The position numbers and the translations under genes are program-made. A stretch of 63,742 nucleotides of DNA, the filler included, from Cercozoa sp. M6MM (Eukaryota; Protista; Endomyxa: Ascetosporea), in NCBI GenBank assembly GCA_040357565.1. It is 9 parts of 9 records of this genome, joined end to end, with 100 filler letters (N's around TTAATTAATTAA, not from the genome) between each part and the next. Parts side by side here need not be neighbours in the genome. Positions count along the whole stretch, not along the records: positions 7,237 to 14,112 come from JBDODJ010000684.1; positions 14,213 to 33,549 come from JBDODJ010000210.1; 7 more parts are not named here. One strand, 5' to 3'. Below the pieces are notes generated by a model, which was not told the DNA's origin, did no database searches, and saw only the letters and a list, made by a program, of their open reading frames with translations. Shown here in pieces: positions 13,016 to 26,509 of the stretch; within the stretch, counting starts at the first letter, position 1, and every line of letters begins with the position of its first letter.

Positions 13016-14063
13016 ACTCTAATAGAACTCCCGAGTCGAAACAGCTTGGGAACCCACCCTTCGAGTGACCTAATTTTTTGAGCCGTTAAGACGAAGTTGA
13101 CTAAATTGAGTCGAAGGCCCTGCGCTGAAGATGAAGGAAGGCTCGTCGATGTGTTGACTCAAGATTTTGAGCCGAAAATCTTCGACTAGCGTAGCTTAGC
13201 TGCTAGATTTTTGTTCGGTCAACACGTCGATAGATGAAATACGCAGTTTCCTTGAAATACAGCGAATTACAGTGTCACTGTTGTCTCTGGAGCGTTCAAT
13301 CTTTGCTTGTTGAATGCGCTCCTCGTAGTACAGCATCCACTCTTTGACTCTGTCGAGCAAAGCTTGGCGCCAGCCGTCGAAGGCCCTGAAGATGAAGCAG
13401 CTCTGTTGAGTGACGTGTCACATGAGGACGAGACCGACGAGTAAAATTTATGGTGAGTCAAGTCGCAGGACAGGGGCTGGTGCAGCGTCGCCTAGATAAA
13501 GCTGCGATGCGCATGGAGGATGACGACTATTTTAACGCAAGTGTTAGTGGTTAAACGTGTTCGCTATAAGAGAATTCACAAAAAATAGTTTCCTTGGACG
13601 TGCAGGTTAAAACTGAAAAGCATGGTCGTGTCTACGCTACCTCTCGTTTAGGGTAGGACGGATAACGGCGGAAATCTAGCGTGCTAAAGATACAGTATCG
13701 ACACCGGTAGGATCCGTCAACGGCGCCTACGCTGTCCACGACTTTCCCGATTCGGAGGCGCCGGCGGTAACTTGGATTCCAAGAGCAGTTGCGCCTTCAC
13801 TTCGGACGGTACCCATACGATCGACAGGGCAACGAAGAGCGACTTGACATTTCTCTTTCTTCCCGTACAAAAACGGTACCGTAAGTTTACACAGATACGC
13901 TATTTTCAAGGGAAACCATGTTAGACAACATTGGTACATCAGGGAGTTGTTGGATTCAACCATGTACTGTCTCGACTGCGAATTGAATCTCTGCGCGACC
14001 TCGAGCACTCTCTGGTCCACACCGACAACCAGCGAGTCATGTCGCAGCAACAGGGCGACTGTG

Positions 14064-14112
<49 letters not shown>

Positions 14113-14212
14113 NNNNNNNNNNNNNNNNNNNNNNNNNNNNNNNNNNNNNNNNNNNNTTAATTAATTAANNNNNNNNNNNNNNNNNNNNNNNNNNNNNNNN
14201 NNNNNNNNNNNN

Positions 14213-14261
<49 letters not shown>

Positions 14262-14263
<2 letters not shown>

Positions 14264-15374
14264 GACAGTAAAGTCATGCAAAATGCCGATCAAGAACTCA
14301 GCTTTGACGGCAACCGTTCGCTCTTCTCGTAACTCTGTCCCAGGGATCTCGATTGAAGCTTATTGGCATGCGTGCAGACTGTGCCGCATCAAATTTTCGT
14401 CCATGTGGAGCACCCCACCTGAAGATTTCATTCGTACCCTATCTACAACAGTTTCTTAGGCAAATATATATATATATATGTTATATATATATATATATAG
14501 ATATATATATATATATGTGTGTGTGTATGTATAACAGTATACGTGATGTGTCTATATAGCTGAACACGACTTGCCGACGAACTACGAAGTGACGGCGGCC
14601 TCAGTGTCAAGCGGTTCTTTCGACTGGCTCATTCACCTGCTCGGTGGTACCGTGTTTGTCAGGAGGGATACTGACACAATCGAGTGTGCTGTGTGAGTCC
14701 CAGGTGCCAAGGCGATTTCGCTGTGGAAGGATGCTCCTGCAGTATACGCCCTTGATCTGTGTTCTTTCATTTTGTTTATGTTCACTGACATATCCATGTA
14801 CAGGGAGGCTGCTACATCTTAATGCCAACGTTTTCGAGCACGCGTATTCTGTTTATCTGGTTCCTTACTGGCACTAGGAGAATGCGATTTTTTTAGCTTC
14901 GTCTGGGTCGATGACCTCCAAGCCAGCTGGCGATCTCAAGCACCGTTCCGAACTCGTAACTGCTCTTGTTGACACGAGGTAATACTCGTGTAAATTACAG
15001 TGCTGTGTCGGCGGTAGGCATCGATTCTGACGGCCGGTGTTTTGCTCAGTCTCTTGGGAGGTACATAGTTTATATGTTTCTAGTTATTTTTAGATATATA
15101 TAAAATTCTATATTTATAAATATATTTATTTATTTATTTATTTATTTACACAGAGAGCGATGGAAGTATCGACCTGGAGAAGATGCTACAGCGTCACCTT
15201 CTGCGCGACGTGATGGCACGCCGCGACGTTCTTCGCAGTACTCTCTGGCCTTGCTGTATAATATTTATATCGCTCCCACTTTCACTTCTTCTCCTTGTAA
15301 ATGTAGGCTTGGATAAAGATGACAACGCACAGGCCATCATCGATGCTAATGAGGTACATGATCGTCATAAATAT

Positions 15375-15410
<36 letters not shown>

Positions 15411-18400
15411 GTGTGTACTATATATATGCATTTTTTGTTGGTTCAGATGATGTACGACCCCAAATCCTACGTCATGGAGCATATCAAGGTACCTGATATA
15501 TTGGTGTGTAACACTTGCTGCCTGTCACAACTGCAAACGCGCAGTGCACGGAAGACGACGTTTTGTGGCCTGTGTCTCCTGTGGTACGTTTGTGCCGTTG
15601 AACTGAGGTACCTGAACTCGTCTGTGGCGTGTGCATTTCCAGGATGAAAGTGTGCGTGCGTTCGGCAATCACATCGGCGAATTGCGCGTATTGTTTCATG
15701 ATATACTGATGTTTCCACATGTATAAGTGTCTTTGCGGGAGGGTTTACAGGGTGAAGCAGTCCCGGTCCTTCGTCGTCATTCGTACTTTTTCCTATACAT
15801 ACTATGTAAGTCCCACTTACAACAATGTTGGCAGGTCACTTCTGACGCACAAGCACGACTTGTCGCCTGATGCATTGGCAATGTATAATTCGCGCTTTGC
15901 TTCTTCCTTCAAATACACACAATGTGCGAACAGTGTGCAACGAGAGTTCCCAGATTCATGGAAGTTCTTTGATTACCAGGTAGTTTCTCACAGGGACGTC
16001 TGTTCTATGAGTGCTTAATTTGACTTCTTGTTCAGAAAGACAATATTGCAAATCTTCTGCATCGGGTATACATTGTACACATATCGTCGCTAGTGTACAC
16101 TGATGTGTGTACACTGATGTGTATTTAACAGGAACGACAGCCTTCCGTGCAGTACAACATTGCAAGGTATACAACGCTACAGTTCCCCCGAGCCTATGCG
16201 TGTATACACTGGCGTAGCATGTTGTCTCCTCTGCCCGGGCGTTTGCACCTGCCGCGAATGTCGGTACCTCTTTTATTAATGACCTCTATGGTAAGCATCC
16301 ACACTGACTATACTCATACCTCAACACAGAACCTTGAAGACGATCTGCACAGTCACGGCGGACTGCTGCTGCCCTGTGTTGTTGGTGTGACCCGCTTGGC
16401 TGCCCGTACTGTATGGTGTTTGATACCTCACTCGGCAGGCACCGAACATGGCGTCCTGTACTCGATCGATGTGGACGACCCCTCGCTCTTGTCCCAGTTG
16501 TATCCTTTCCTGTACCTCTGTGCTGACAATCGACGCGTGCCTTAATGTCCAGTGACATGCCAGGCGGCTTGCTGGCTGACCAAGTGGGTCTCGGCAAGAC
16601 AGCGCAGATGCTGGCTGTCTGTGCCATCAACGACGATGCCATCTTTGGGTAGGGAACAGGCGCTGTCCTCCAGTGTGTTGGTATCAGTTTAGATCTAGAT
16701 GTACACACTGTACTGTAGCAACAGGGAGCGTCGTGACAAGTACGCGAGTCGATGCATGGATCCAATGTACTTGCTGTCTTCTTACTGGTGTGCTTGTACA
16801 ACTATGTACCTATCGCACACACAGCAACAAACGCGGAAGTGAGGCCATGCAGAATTTGCGTGTTATTGTTTCTGAGGACTCTGGTACTGCCCCTTGTTGT
16901 ACGTGGAAATGCAGACGTACATACGTGTGTATGACACATAGATGAGAAAGAGGAGAAGGAGGTTGGGGTCACACTGCGTCGCATTCGTTCTGACGTAGCC
17001 TTGTTGCCTATCCACCATGTTTACGCGTTTAATACACAAGGCATGTTCGCAGGCAACACTGATCCTGTGTCCTTCGCACCTGTGCGCTCAGTGGTATTCT
17101 TCAACCTCACGTGACTACTCATTCCAACCTGGAGTGTGTGTGTGTCTGTCTGTGTGTCTGTGTATGTGTGTGTGTGTGTGCAGGGAGAGCGAATGTCGCC
17201 GTCTGCTGTCCAGTTGTACCCTATTATACTTTTATAGTATGCATGAGTCCTTATGACGCACATAGGCGATGCCGAGCAAGACATTGTCGTGTGTGCCAAA
17301 CCTCGTTCGCTGGTGGCTTTGCATTCTCTCTACATTTGTGTTGTGTGTGTACGCATGTGTGTGTGTGTGTGTGTGTGTGTTTGTGCTTAAATTCATGGTT
17401 GACATGGAGGTGAGCAGGCACGTGTCAAGGGTTTCGCCATGCTGCGTGCGCGCTTCGTGATTGTCTCGTTCGCTGCAATGCAGGAGTTCCGTGCCAGGTG
17501 CCCACTCTATGTGTGCATGCATGTCTTGCATTATGTCTGTATGCATTTATTTATGTCTGTATGTGTGTGTATATGTGTGTATGTGTATGTAAATGTGTGT
17601 ATATGTTTGTATGTATATGCTGATGTTGCGCTATTTAATACGGTCTGCGGGAAAGTACAGTGCTAAGAAAAAGATCGACAGCGAGTTTCCGCCGTTGCTG
17701 CGACTGATCGACTGTACCATGTGTTGATACACACACGTGTGCATGTGTACCATTGTATGTGTCTGCACAGTTGAAGATTACCAGCTGCACCACTGCTTGC
17801 TCGATGAGGTACACACCATTGCCTAGATTCTCGCTTAGTAACATGACGCACACTGCACATTCGTACAGGTGCAAGATGGCCTCCGTCTCAAGAAGAACAC
17901 TGCTCTACTGCCGAATCACGTAGGCTTGTATTTGCATATTGGAAATCACCCACAGACGTGAGTTCACACACAGATCCAGTGGCGTCGAGTCATTGTTGAC
18001 GAGTGTCACGAGCTGTGCCTTTAGCATTATCTGTCTTGATACACATGTGTGTGTATGTGTGATCTCGTAAACCCCGCGTAGGTACAATGAGGTCCACTCG
18101 AGTACAAGCCTCTCTCTCTGGGTACATTAAAGGCACTAGCGTTATGTATCATGTACAACAAACACCACACTCTGTGCACAGACAGCACGCACGATCCACG
18201 CCGACTACCGGTAGAGCACAGAAGTTCTGGAGGGGGGTATGCATCAAACGTGTATCGTAGGTGGCTTTGCACGGGCACACCAGGCGCGTGCTTACAGCAC
18301 ATGCTTCCGCACATGCTGGACGCCATCTATGGCGATACCTCTTACTCTTGTACGAGTTTCTATGTGTTAATGACTGTATCTTTATAGGTATACGTGTGCA

Positions 18401-19138
18401 AGTGTATGCATACTTGTGTTATACCAGACGACGAGGAGCTGCGTCAACGCATTCTTCACAAAAAGAACGGTGCCTTTTTGTCTTCTGCTCCACACACATG
18501 TGCACCTTTAGTACTAACTGGTACATGTCTGAAACAGAGAAACGCAAGTCGTCGACAGTGCTGCCCGGAGTGGAAATGCGCTTCATGACTTTGCTTGCCT
18601 TCAGTAGGCTCTCTTAACCTATGTTTGCCGCAAGAGGGTAAGGGGTAGAGAAGTAGAGGGGTAACAAATGGGGATATGCAGATCTTGCACGGAATGGCGT
18701 GCGTCGTCACACCCAGTGGTACCAGTGCTGTACTTTCGAATTGGTTGCTTGCACATGGAGTGAGTTTTAGGACGGCCGAGTCCGAGAGTTACCTGCCTGA
18801 TTTTGAGGAAATCGAGGGTGAACCTTATTTTTTTAAAGATTTACGCTGTGTATGGTTAGAAGATAATCAATGTTTTTCTCATCAGAGAGGTACGCGTTGT
18901 CGCCGGCGGAGCGAGTGCTTGTCGAAAACACGACAGGCACCGAAACTGCTGTGGCCATGTAGCATCTCTCCGGCATCTGAATATGTGTTTGTGTGTCTGT
19001 ATGCGTACATACTTGTATGGGTGGTTGTGTGCAGGATCCAGCACTCTCTAGTGCACGCGTCGGGAGTGCACCTCGGTGCTGGCGAGTCCTTGTCCAAGAA
19101 GGCGGTGGATCTGCCGTTACAGGGAAAGAACTCGTACC

Positions 19139-19188
<50 letters not shown>

Positions 19189-19198
19189 NNNNNNNNNN

Positions 19199-19246
<48 letters not shown>

Positions 19247-20209
19247 TGGAAGGAAGTGAATGTCTGCTCAGAGGCAGCAACAACATCTTCTTTGGCGGAA
19301 ACTTCTCTCTACGTCAGGTACATGGTGTTTCCTTTGAGTCCAGCAGAGAAGTTGGTATGTCCGAGTAGATCGTTGTCCAACGAATCGAGCACCTGCGCGC
19401 AAGCATCACCAAACTCCGGGAGGTGCCGTGCTTTTGTGCAACCTCAGTGTAGGGGCAGGGGGTACACAATCGTGCCTCTGTACAATGCACAGGAAGGCAA
19501 GTCATCGCGGAGTGTCGTGTACCGTCGTGCAGTGGCAGCATTGCTGGACATACTCAACAAAGGTAGTGCTGTTTCTGTAGCGCCTCTCGTAGTCGCCATT
19601 CTTGTCTTTGCAGAACACTTGGAGGAAGCAATGAAGTGTCGCTACGACACGGTGCAACTCGTGCCCGCAGCAAACAACCTTCGCTTCGGCGGCACGAAAC
19701 TCACGCTGATTGCCAACTACGTCGATTCCATTCTTCGTGCTTCGGTGCGACTCTCTGTTTGTGTGTTCTCTTTCTTATTATGAGTCGGGGTGACTTTGTC
19801 TAACAGCCGACGCACCGCGTTATTGTATTCTCGACGACCCGTTCGTTTATGCGCTTGCTGCAGCACGCGTTGGCGATGCTTCACCACTCTGCTGCCGTCG
19901 TCATGTATGCAACTTCCTCTCAGGTGCTTGCGTGCACTGTTGTGTCTGCCCCGCAGGTACAGCTACACCAAACGCCAGCGAGCACTGCAGTGTTTCCGCG
20001 AGGTACCCTAAGCACTTTGAGTGGTAGTTCTGTGTGTGTGTGTGTCTATTAAATTGTGTCTTATGTAGGGAGTCAAAGCAGTACGTGAGGCTACAAACAC
20101 GGGCAATACTGCAGACATTGCAAACAAGTACCCTCGAGTCTTGATCCTTAATGTCGAGAGCGCTGCCTCCGGTCTCGACATCTTGGTACAAATGCATAAG
20201 TTGTGTCTA

Positions 20210-20240
<31 letters not shown>

Positions 20241-20316
20241 CTGTGTCTGTGTGTCTCTGTGTCTCTGTGTCTCTGTGTCTCTGTGTCTCTGTGTCTCTGT
20301 GTGTCTGTGTGTCTGT

Positions 20317-20371
<55 letters not shown>

Positions 20372-20762
20372 ATTAAGTACGATGAACTCTGCCGATAAAG
20401 CAAGTTTACCTACTACCAATAATTGTAGGGTGTCTCGCATGTCGTTCTCGCCGATGTGCTGTTTGGGCGCACCGCCGTATGTTTAGAAGCTAAATGTACG
20501 GACTCAGCTTTCATCCATCCGGTACTCTCAGAGAGCCGTGCAAGCACAAGAGACTCAAGCCATCGCACGTGCTCTTCGACAGTCGCGCGATGAGTACATT
20601 GGCCTTTGGGATTGCAGGTCTCTATCACAGAGAGAGCGGGGTTGTTTGAATAGGGACATGCGTGATCGCAAACTCGTTGTCAAGCGCTTTCTCGCCGCTG
20701 GAACAGTGGAAGAAGCACACTACAATCGCCTTGTACAGAATCTGCAGGCACTGGAGAACTAA
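14262..20762 (+). CDS. SNF2-family ATPase, Rad5/Rad16-like, many exons (5' end missing or uncertain)
   Basis: Motif I GGLLADQVGLGKT (about 16560), Ia TLILCPSHLCAQW, II LLDEVH, III RWLCTGTP, GTKL, IVFS, V ESAASGLDI, VI ETQAIARALR, VVKRFLAAGTVEE; TAA at 20760-20762. Confidence 0.9.
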
Positions 20763-21098
20763 AAACGATTCCCGCTACTACATCGACGCGGTCATCGATC
20801 ACGCGACGGTTCAACTAGCAGAGTCGGCTCGATCGGATAAACTAGCAGAGTCAAACGACAGAGAGGGAAGTGTAGAAGAGCCAGCGTTGTTGCAGCGAGG
20901 TGACCCACATGGATATTTAGAGTCCGAAAACATACAGCAGAAACGGGGTTGTTCGATAGTGTGAATGGAGATACTGTACAAATTTGATATGACCCAGGAA
21001 GAATTGCAGACGTAGAAGGCAAATTTCGCCACCTGAACCGTGTTACTGGGTGCGCATTTGTGTTAGCACACTTATACACATATTAGTAAAAATAAAGC

Positions 21099-22937
21099 AT
21101 GCCGTCGGACGAGGTGCTTCTGTCGAACGTTGACACCCATGTTCGTACGCACACCGAGTTGTGTGCCGACTCCGTCGAGGTGCATCTTCGCCGTGCACTG
21201 GTAGCAGGGTGTTTGCAGCACATGTGTTTTGACTGATGTAGTTCTGCGAAGCGCCGGGATACACGGACCGTTTCGTGGTTGGATGTTACGAGCTCGAAAA
21301 TGGCCACAAGCACGGCAAGGTGGCCCTCTGGCAAGTCACGCCGACCGATGAGGTGCTCCAGACATACTGTATCGGCACGTGTCATGTGTGCATGTGGACA
21401 GGAAGACGAAAGGACAGAGCTTCCGGAGCGACAAGACCATAGTGGCGACGCTGACTTTTGCCGTCGCAGTGGCTTGCAGTGCCGTTCTTTGAGTGTACTT
21501 TGGGTCTACATTTGCGCATGTGGCCACACTCTCCTGAGTTTGTATAGGAGATTGCCGGTAGTGCCGTGTTGGACCTCAAGTGGCGACCGCACGAGCTCGA
21601 TCTCGTCGAAGCTGATCACGATGGCAGTACCTTGTGCTTTGTTTTGTGCTTTTTTTGTGCCATGGTAATTTCCATATTTGTGTCCGTCTGTAGCCTTGCG
21701 TTTCTTCCGCATGACTGATGACAAGCTTCTGAAAACACAAGAGGTTGTCATTGATGAAAGCGGTACCCAGAGTGCCTTTGTGTGTGTACGTGTGTACCAC
21801 TCTGCCCCATGTGTGCATAGCCTTGAGTCTGTCGGCCATGTGGACTGACACGGGCGATCGCGTTGTCACTTCGATGAGCAACGGTGCTGTTGTCGTCTGT
21901 GACGTTGATGACACGGTCGCTGTCAATGTATCTTATCTCTTCACATTGACGCATACTCATATCCACGTGCTATGTTTTGTAGACCAGTATGCCACTTCAC
22001 ACGGCAGAATGTTGGAGTGCTGCCTTTCAGGTAATTGTTTTCTGGGTGTTGGCTCTGTCTCTCTTGGCGCGGGTACACTTTGTCGTTCGTGCGTCAGACG
22101 GGATCGCGTGACGTCATTTGGAGCGGCGCCGACGATTTCGCACTGCGTCGTTCTGATCTTCGTGTCGGAGGCATGACCTGGCAGCGAATGTTTGAACTCG
22201 GCGGTGTGTGCTCTGTTGCACCGTGTCCAGAGGTAGCTTAAATAGATACCAAACTAGTGGACAACAAATAACTTGCTTTCCACAGGACGAGAATATTTTG
22301 GCGGTCGGCACTTTCGAGGTACTTCTTTTTTCTCACTTGATGCTTTGCACTGGTACGATGGGTTTGCAGGAGGAACTGCACCTGTACGATACGCGTCAGT
22401 TGCGACGACCTCTGCACACGCGCAAGTACAACGGTAGCGATTGATGGCAGTGCAGATTGCGTGTGCATATGTGTCTTGTCCATCTGAAAAGATGGCGTCT
22501 GGAGACTTCGCTGGCGTGGCCGCTCGCATCTGCTGGTAGGCGCCATGCGCGACGGTTTCCACGTGCTGCGTTGTGCTCCTGGTACTGCCAAAAACGTTTG
22601 TTGTTGAGTTGATTTAGTATGACACTGTGTTGATAGACATGTGCAACACTTCGACCGTTTCCATCAATCGTTCACACGGTAAAGAATACCTTGTGTCTCC
22701 TAGAGACCCAAAGTAAACACGCGTGTTGTATAGGCGGTGAAGCACTCGCGTACGGTTGCCATTGGATGTCGGGATCAGGTGTGTTTCTTCAACACAGGCG
22801 AGAGACTCCACGTGTGTTCCGTATTGACTTTGTTCGCTTGAGCAGATGAGGACACAGTGCTCGTCGGCAGCTGCACTTTCTACGAGCGCTCGCTGCAGGT
22901 GTGGTCCAGCAGTCTCACGCAGCCGGCGCTTGACTAG
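21099..22937 (+). CDS. DPH7: Diphthine methylesterase (WD40 protein)
   Basis: N-terminal CADSVE, VVGCYEL, WSGADD, GVWRLRW, GAMRDGF, ALAYG, CTFYERSLQVW motifs typical of DPH7/WDR85. Confidence 0.85.
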
Positions 22938-23025
22938 ACTAACTTCGCTTATCCTCATAATGGTCGGCTACTTCAGTTGCGTTGGGTTGATGGTAGTGCG
23001 ACTACGCTACCATTTTGGTATACGC

Positions 23026-23933
23026 CCCCGAGAACCAAGGGTAGCCGTAATTACGCCGTAATTACGCAGTATTTAGCTACACTTGGCAATCTTTGCTCTT
23101 CGTCGCCGACCGGACTTGCGTTCGAACGTTTGGATTTCGACCCGGCCGAGCGACGTTCTGACGCAAGCCCCCCCCCCCCCCCCGCGAAACGCGCTCGCTC
23201 TTTGCACAAGAAGCGACGTTAATGTACAAGGCACATCTGTCCTTAACTCCTTTTGTGTCCACTATACCCGAGTCTTGCAACAAGTGGCGCCGGCTGCTGT
23301 AGATAGCGTAACCGGTGCGTAATTTTGATACTGTCGACATTAAGCAACTAAACTTAAGTTTACTTGCTCCGCGTGGAAGCAACTCCCAGTCATGCCAAAT
23401 AAGAATTGGAGTGTTTTGCTAAGGCTGAGAGCTGGTAACCTAACAATTGATTGCTGCCTAGCTTGGCATACCCTGTGTTTGGTGGAGTGGCGAGCAGCTC
23501 GAAACTGCAGCAAGAATTGAAAAAATACTCTTTCCAATACCAGGTACCTCAAAGGATACCGTGCTTGTTGACACCAAAGCAACTGACTTGCTCTATCTTG
23601 AGCAGGCAAGAGGGCTTTCTTTTTGTTTATCAACAACAAACCTCTCAACTACCACCACTGTAACAATGCCCTACTGGGGTAACCTCTCTCGCCTGATATC
23701 TTTCGGTTTATTACGTCGAACGAACACTAAATTAAACGACCTTACATTCTTACTTTTCTTTAGTCGTCGTCTTCACTGAAGGTGACAATCTCACAATCAA
23801 CAATTTAGGCAGAATTTTGATGTAACTTAATTTGTGCATAATCTTACGTAATGTAATTCGTGCGTATTCTTACGTAATTCATGCGTAATTGCAGTCATAC
23901 TATTGCGTAATTACGTTAACCTGGTTCTCGGGG
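23026..23933. mobile_element. 908-bp non-autonomous TIR element carrying a decayed P-loop NTPase
   Basis: Perfect 12-bp TIR CCCCGAGAACCA (23026-23037 / 23922-23933) extending imperfectly into CGTAATTACG; subterminal AATTACG repeats; flanks GTATACGC / ACATACGC (6/8 match). Confidence 0.75.
23244..23674 (-). pseudogene. Frameshifted Crinkler(CR)-type NTPase relic
   Basis: Ordered motifs across frames: VGHCY (23674-23660), PGIGKSIF (Walker A, 23544-23521), ILIWHD (about 23406-23389), WTQKEL (23261-23244). Confidence 0.55.
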
Positions 23934-24013
23934 ACATACGCTAACTGGTACCACCAAACTGAACGGAATACCCCGACGTGACGGCCATCCGGATTGGCTA
24001 AACCGCACAGACA

Positions 24014-24906
24014 TTAGTTTCTGTTGCCAGCACGTTGCTCCTCGGCGAGTCGGCGCTGCTCCTCCTGCAGGTTCTGCAAGCACGCACACAGGCGAACAGA
24101 CATCGGTTGTTGCACACAGGCAGGAGACACAAACAGTCGGGTGTATGGGCAGTACCTTCATCATGCGCGGCATGAAGAAGGAAGCGCCGACGCCGACGAG
24201 AGCGATGATCATCATTTTGTTGCCCAGCAGAGCTGTAACACACACACACACACACACACACAAAGGTCAGGTGACTCTCGACTTGGAGACAGGGATAAAA
24301 GACTGAGGGTACACATGATGGAGAAGGGCGTCTTGGGAGGCTCGTAAACTTGCTGGCCGAGCGGCTTCACCTTGAACTGCACGTGTGCACAGTTAGGACA
24401 AGGCTCAAAACAGGCGCCCATTGCTGCTGTACCGGTCGTGTGGAGAGTCGCGACTGCGTGTTGTAGCCAAAGGCACGCACCTGGCCGTCCTGCACCTGCA
24501 GTCGCACCGGGTCGAAGCGGAAGCTTGGGTGTGCCACACTCAGCACGTGGACACCCTCCGTCAGATCGCTTTGCACACACACATATCAAGCACAGACACA
24601 CACCGGTCACATGGCGCCTGAGACAGTGTGTACGTGTAGAACGATCCATCGGCTAGAGGCACGATTTCGTGAACACCATTCAAGTACAGACTGCAGCAGA
24701 TGACACGTTTACTGTTCCACCACAGATAGATAGCACATGAAATCTACCGAAGTGGCCTGTAATCTGCGTCGGCAGGGAGCTGCACCTGGCCCTACGAACA
24801 GAACGTGTATCTGCTGTCAGTCGGGATGCTTTGTTTGTATTTGCATTACAGGCAGACGCAAGGCTGAGATGCCCACGATGAGACCCAGCAGTAGCACTAG
24901 CAACAT
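24014..24906 (-). CDS. EMC7: ER membrane protein complex subunit 7
   Basis: Signal peptide MLLVLLLGLIVGISAL; ADGSF, EGVHVLSVAHPSFRFDPVRLQV, then ALLGNKMMIIALVGVGASFFMPRMMK TM segment typical of DUF2012/EMC7. Confidence 0.85.
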
Positions 24907-25205
24907 TGTACGCGCACACTCACGGGCCCAACTGTGACTGCTCTGCTCTACAGGTCAGCCGGCAAAGTCCACAGTCCAAACCGACCGCCGAGATGGACAG
25001 TTTCTGAAACAAAGAAGAAACACCGAACGAGACCTCTGTCGTCTGACTTTGCAGATTGTGCGGTAACACATTCACCATAGAAGCATATAGAGGCTGTTGA
25101 ACTCACACTGGCAAGTATCGTGCGGTTTTGGGCCAGCTTTGCTTTTTGCCATTTTGAGGTTTTGTTTGTGTTTCGCCACAGACGGAGAACGATCTGGAGA
25201 GCAAG

Positions 25206-25944
25206 ATGGAACATCTCAACGCTCTGGGCAAGCAGCTGCAGCAGAAGCTGGACGAGCTCGACCGCGCGTACCTGAAGGACATTGCGCTGCTCAACCAGGT
25301 GCAGCAGAAGACCAATGTGAAGCGTTCGCACCAGGTGGTGATTGGCGCGACGTTCCTGCTGCTGCTGCTGCTGACGCTGGTCGGCAGCAACACTGTCGGC
25401 ATGCTCGGTACACTGTGTGTGTGGGTGTGTGGGGTGGGTGTATCTTGGTTGATGCGTACACGTAGTTGGCTTCGTGTACCCGGCCTACCGGTCCTTCAAG
25501 GCCATTGAGAGTGACGATAAGGATGGTGCCTTGCTTGCATGTTGTCTTGCTAGTGTGCTATGTGTGCGCGCGTGTGTGTATGTATGTGTGTGTCGTGTGA
25601 TGCAGATGACACGCAGTGGCTCATGTACTGGGTGGTCTACTCCTTCTTTGTCGTGATCGAGGCCTTCACGGACGTGCTGTTCTGGATCGTGCCGTTCTAC
25701 ACCTGGCTCAAGCTCGGCCTTCTCATCTACATGATGAAGTACGACGGCGCCCGTGTCATCTACAAGAACCTGGTACGCACACTAGGCCTGCTTCCTTCCT
25801 TTGCTTCCTTTATTTTGCTGTCGCAGTGCGCTCCGTACCTGCGCAAGAAGGAGGACAAGATTGACGCGCTGCTCAACAAGGCCAAGACCAAGGCCTCCGA
25901 GGTCGTCAAGGAGGTGCAGGAGTCGGATGCTGCTGTTGGTACGC

Positions 25945-26015
<71 letters not shown>

Positions 26016-26118
26016 TCTCCACGCCGTACATGGAATTCCCATGCCTGCAGAGATCAAGCGCGCCGCTGCAGAGGCCACGATCGAGGCCGTCGTTGCCCCG
26101 ACGCTCAAGGAGGACTAA
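25206..26118 (+). CDS. REEP5/Yop1 (TB2/DP1/HVA22 family) ER-shaping protein
   Basis: GFVYPAYRSFKAIESDDKD|DDTQWLMYWVVYSFF...WIVPFY...GARVIYKNL motifs. Confidence 0.93.
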
Positions 26119-26509
26119 GCTTTCGCGCCCTCTTTTCCTGCCGTGACTGATGCTCGATCAACCCCTCACAACTTGTGCGGCTTGGAATAAACAACCCAGC
26201 GCCCAACGCCGCAGCTCGAGTCCGGTTTTTCACTTTGTTTGACTTGCTTTGATCTACAAGCTAACGTCTGAAGGTTAAAGGTCCGGTGAAACGAAAACTG
26301 ATCCAACGGACGCTTGAAGTGACCCTAAGAATTGACCTGCATTTGCCCACACGATAGCAGGACAACTGTGTACTACAGTGCGGCCCAGCTTACCAAGGGA
26401 TCGCACGATTGATTGTGATTGACGGCATTTGGAGTAACCGTATGTTCACAGAATTGCTGCACTACGTCAAACTCAACATAGCGACGAGAGGTTAGAGGCG
26501 GCGGCGCAT

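Noticed and set aside
13110-13400. Short direct repeat GTCGAAGGCCCTG..AAGATGAAG at 13110 and 13376
   Set aside because: Short and imperfect with no TSD or coding signal; cannot support an element
13622-14112. Coding-like fragment as the 5' end of the SNF2 gene
   Set aside because: Separated by an artificial spacer; (GT)n on both sides is suggestive but not evidence of contiguity
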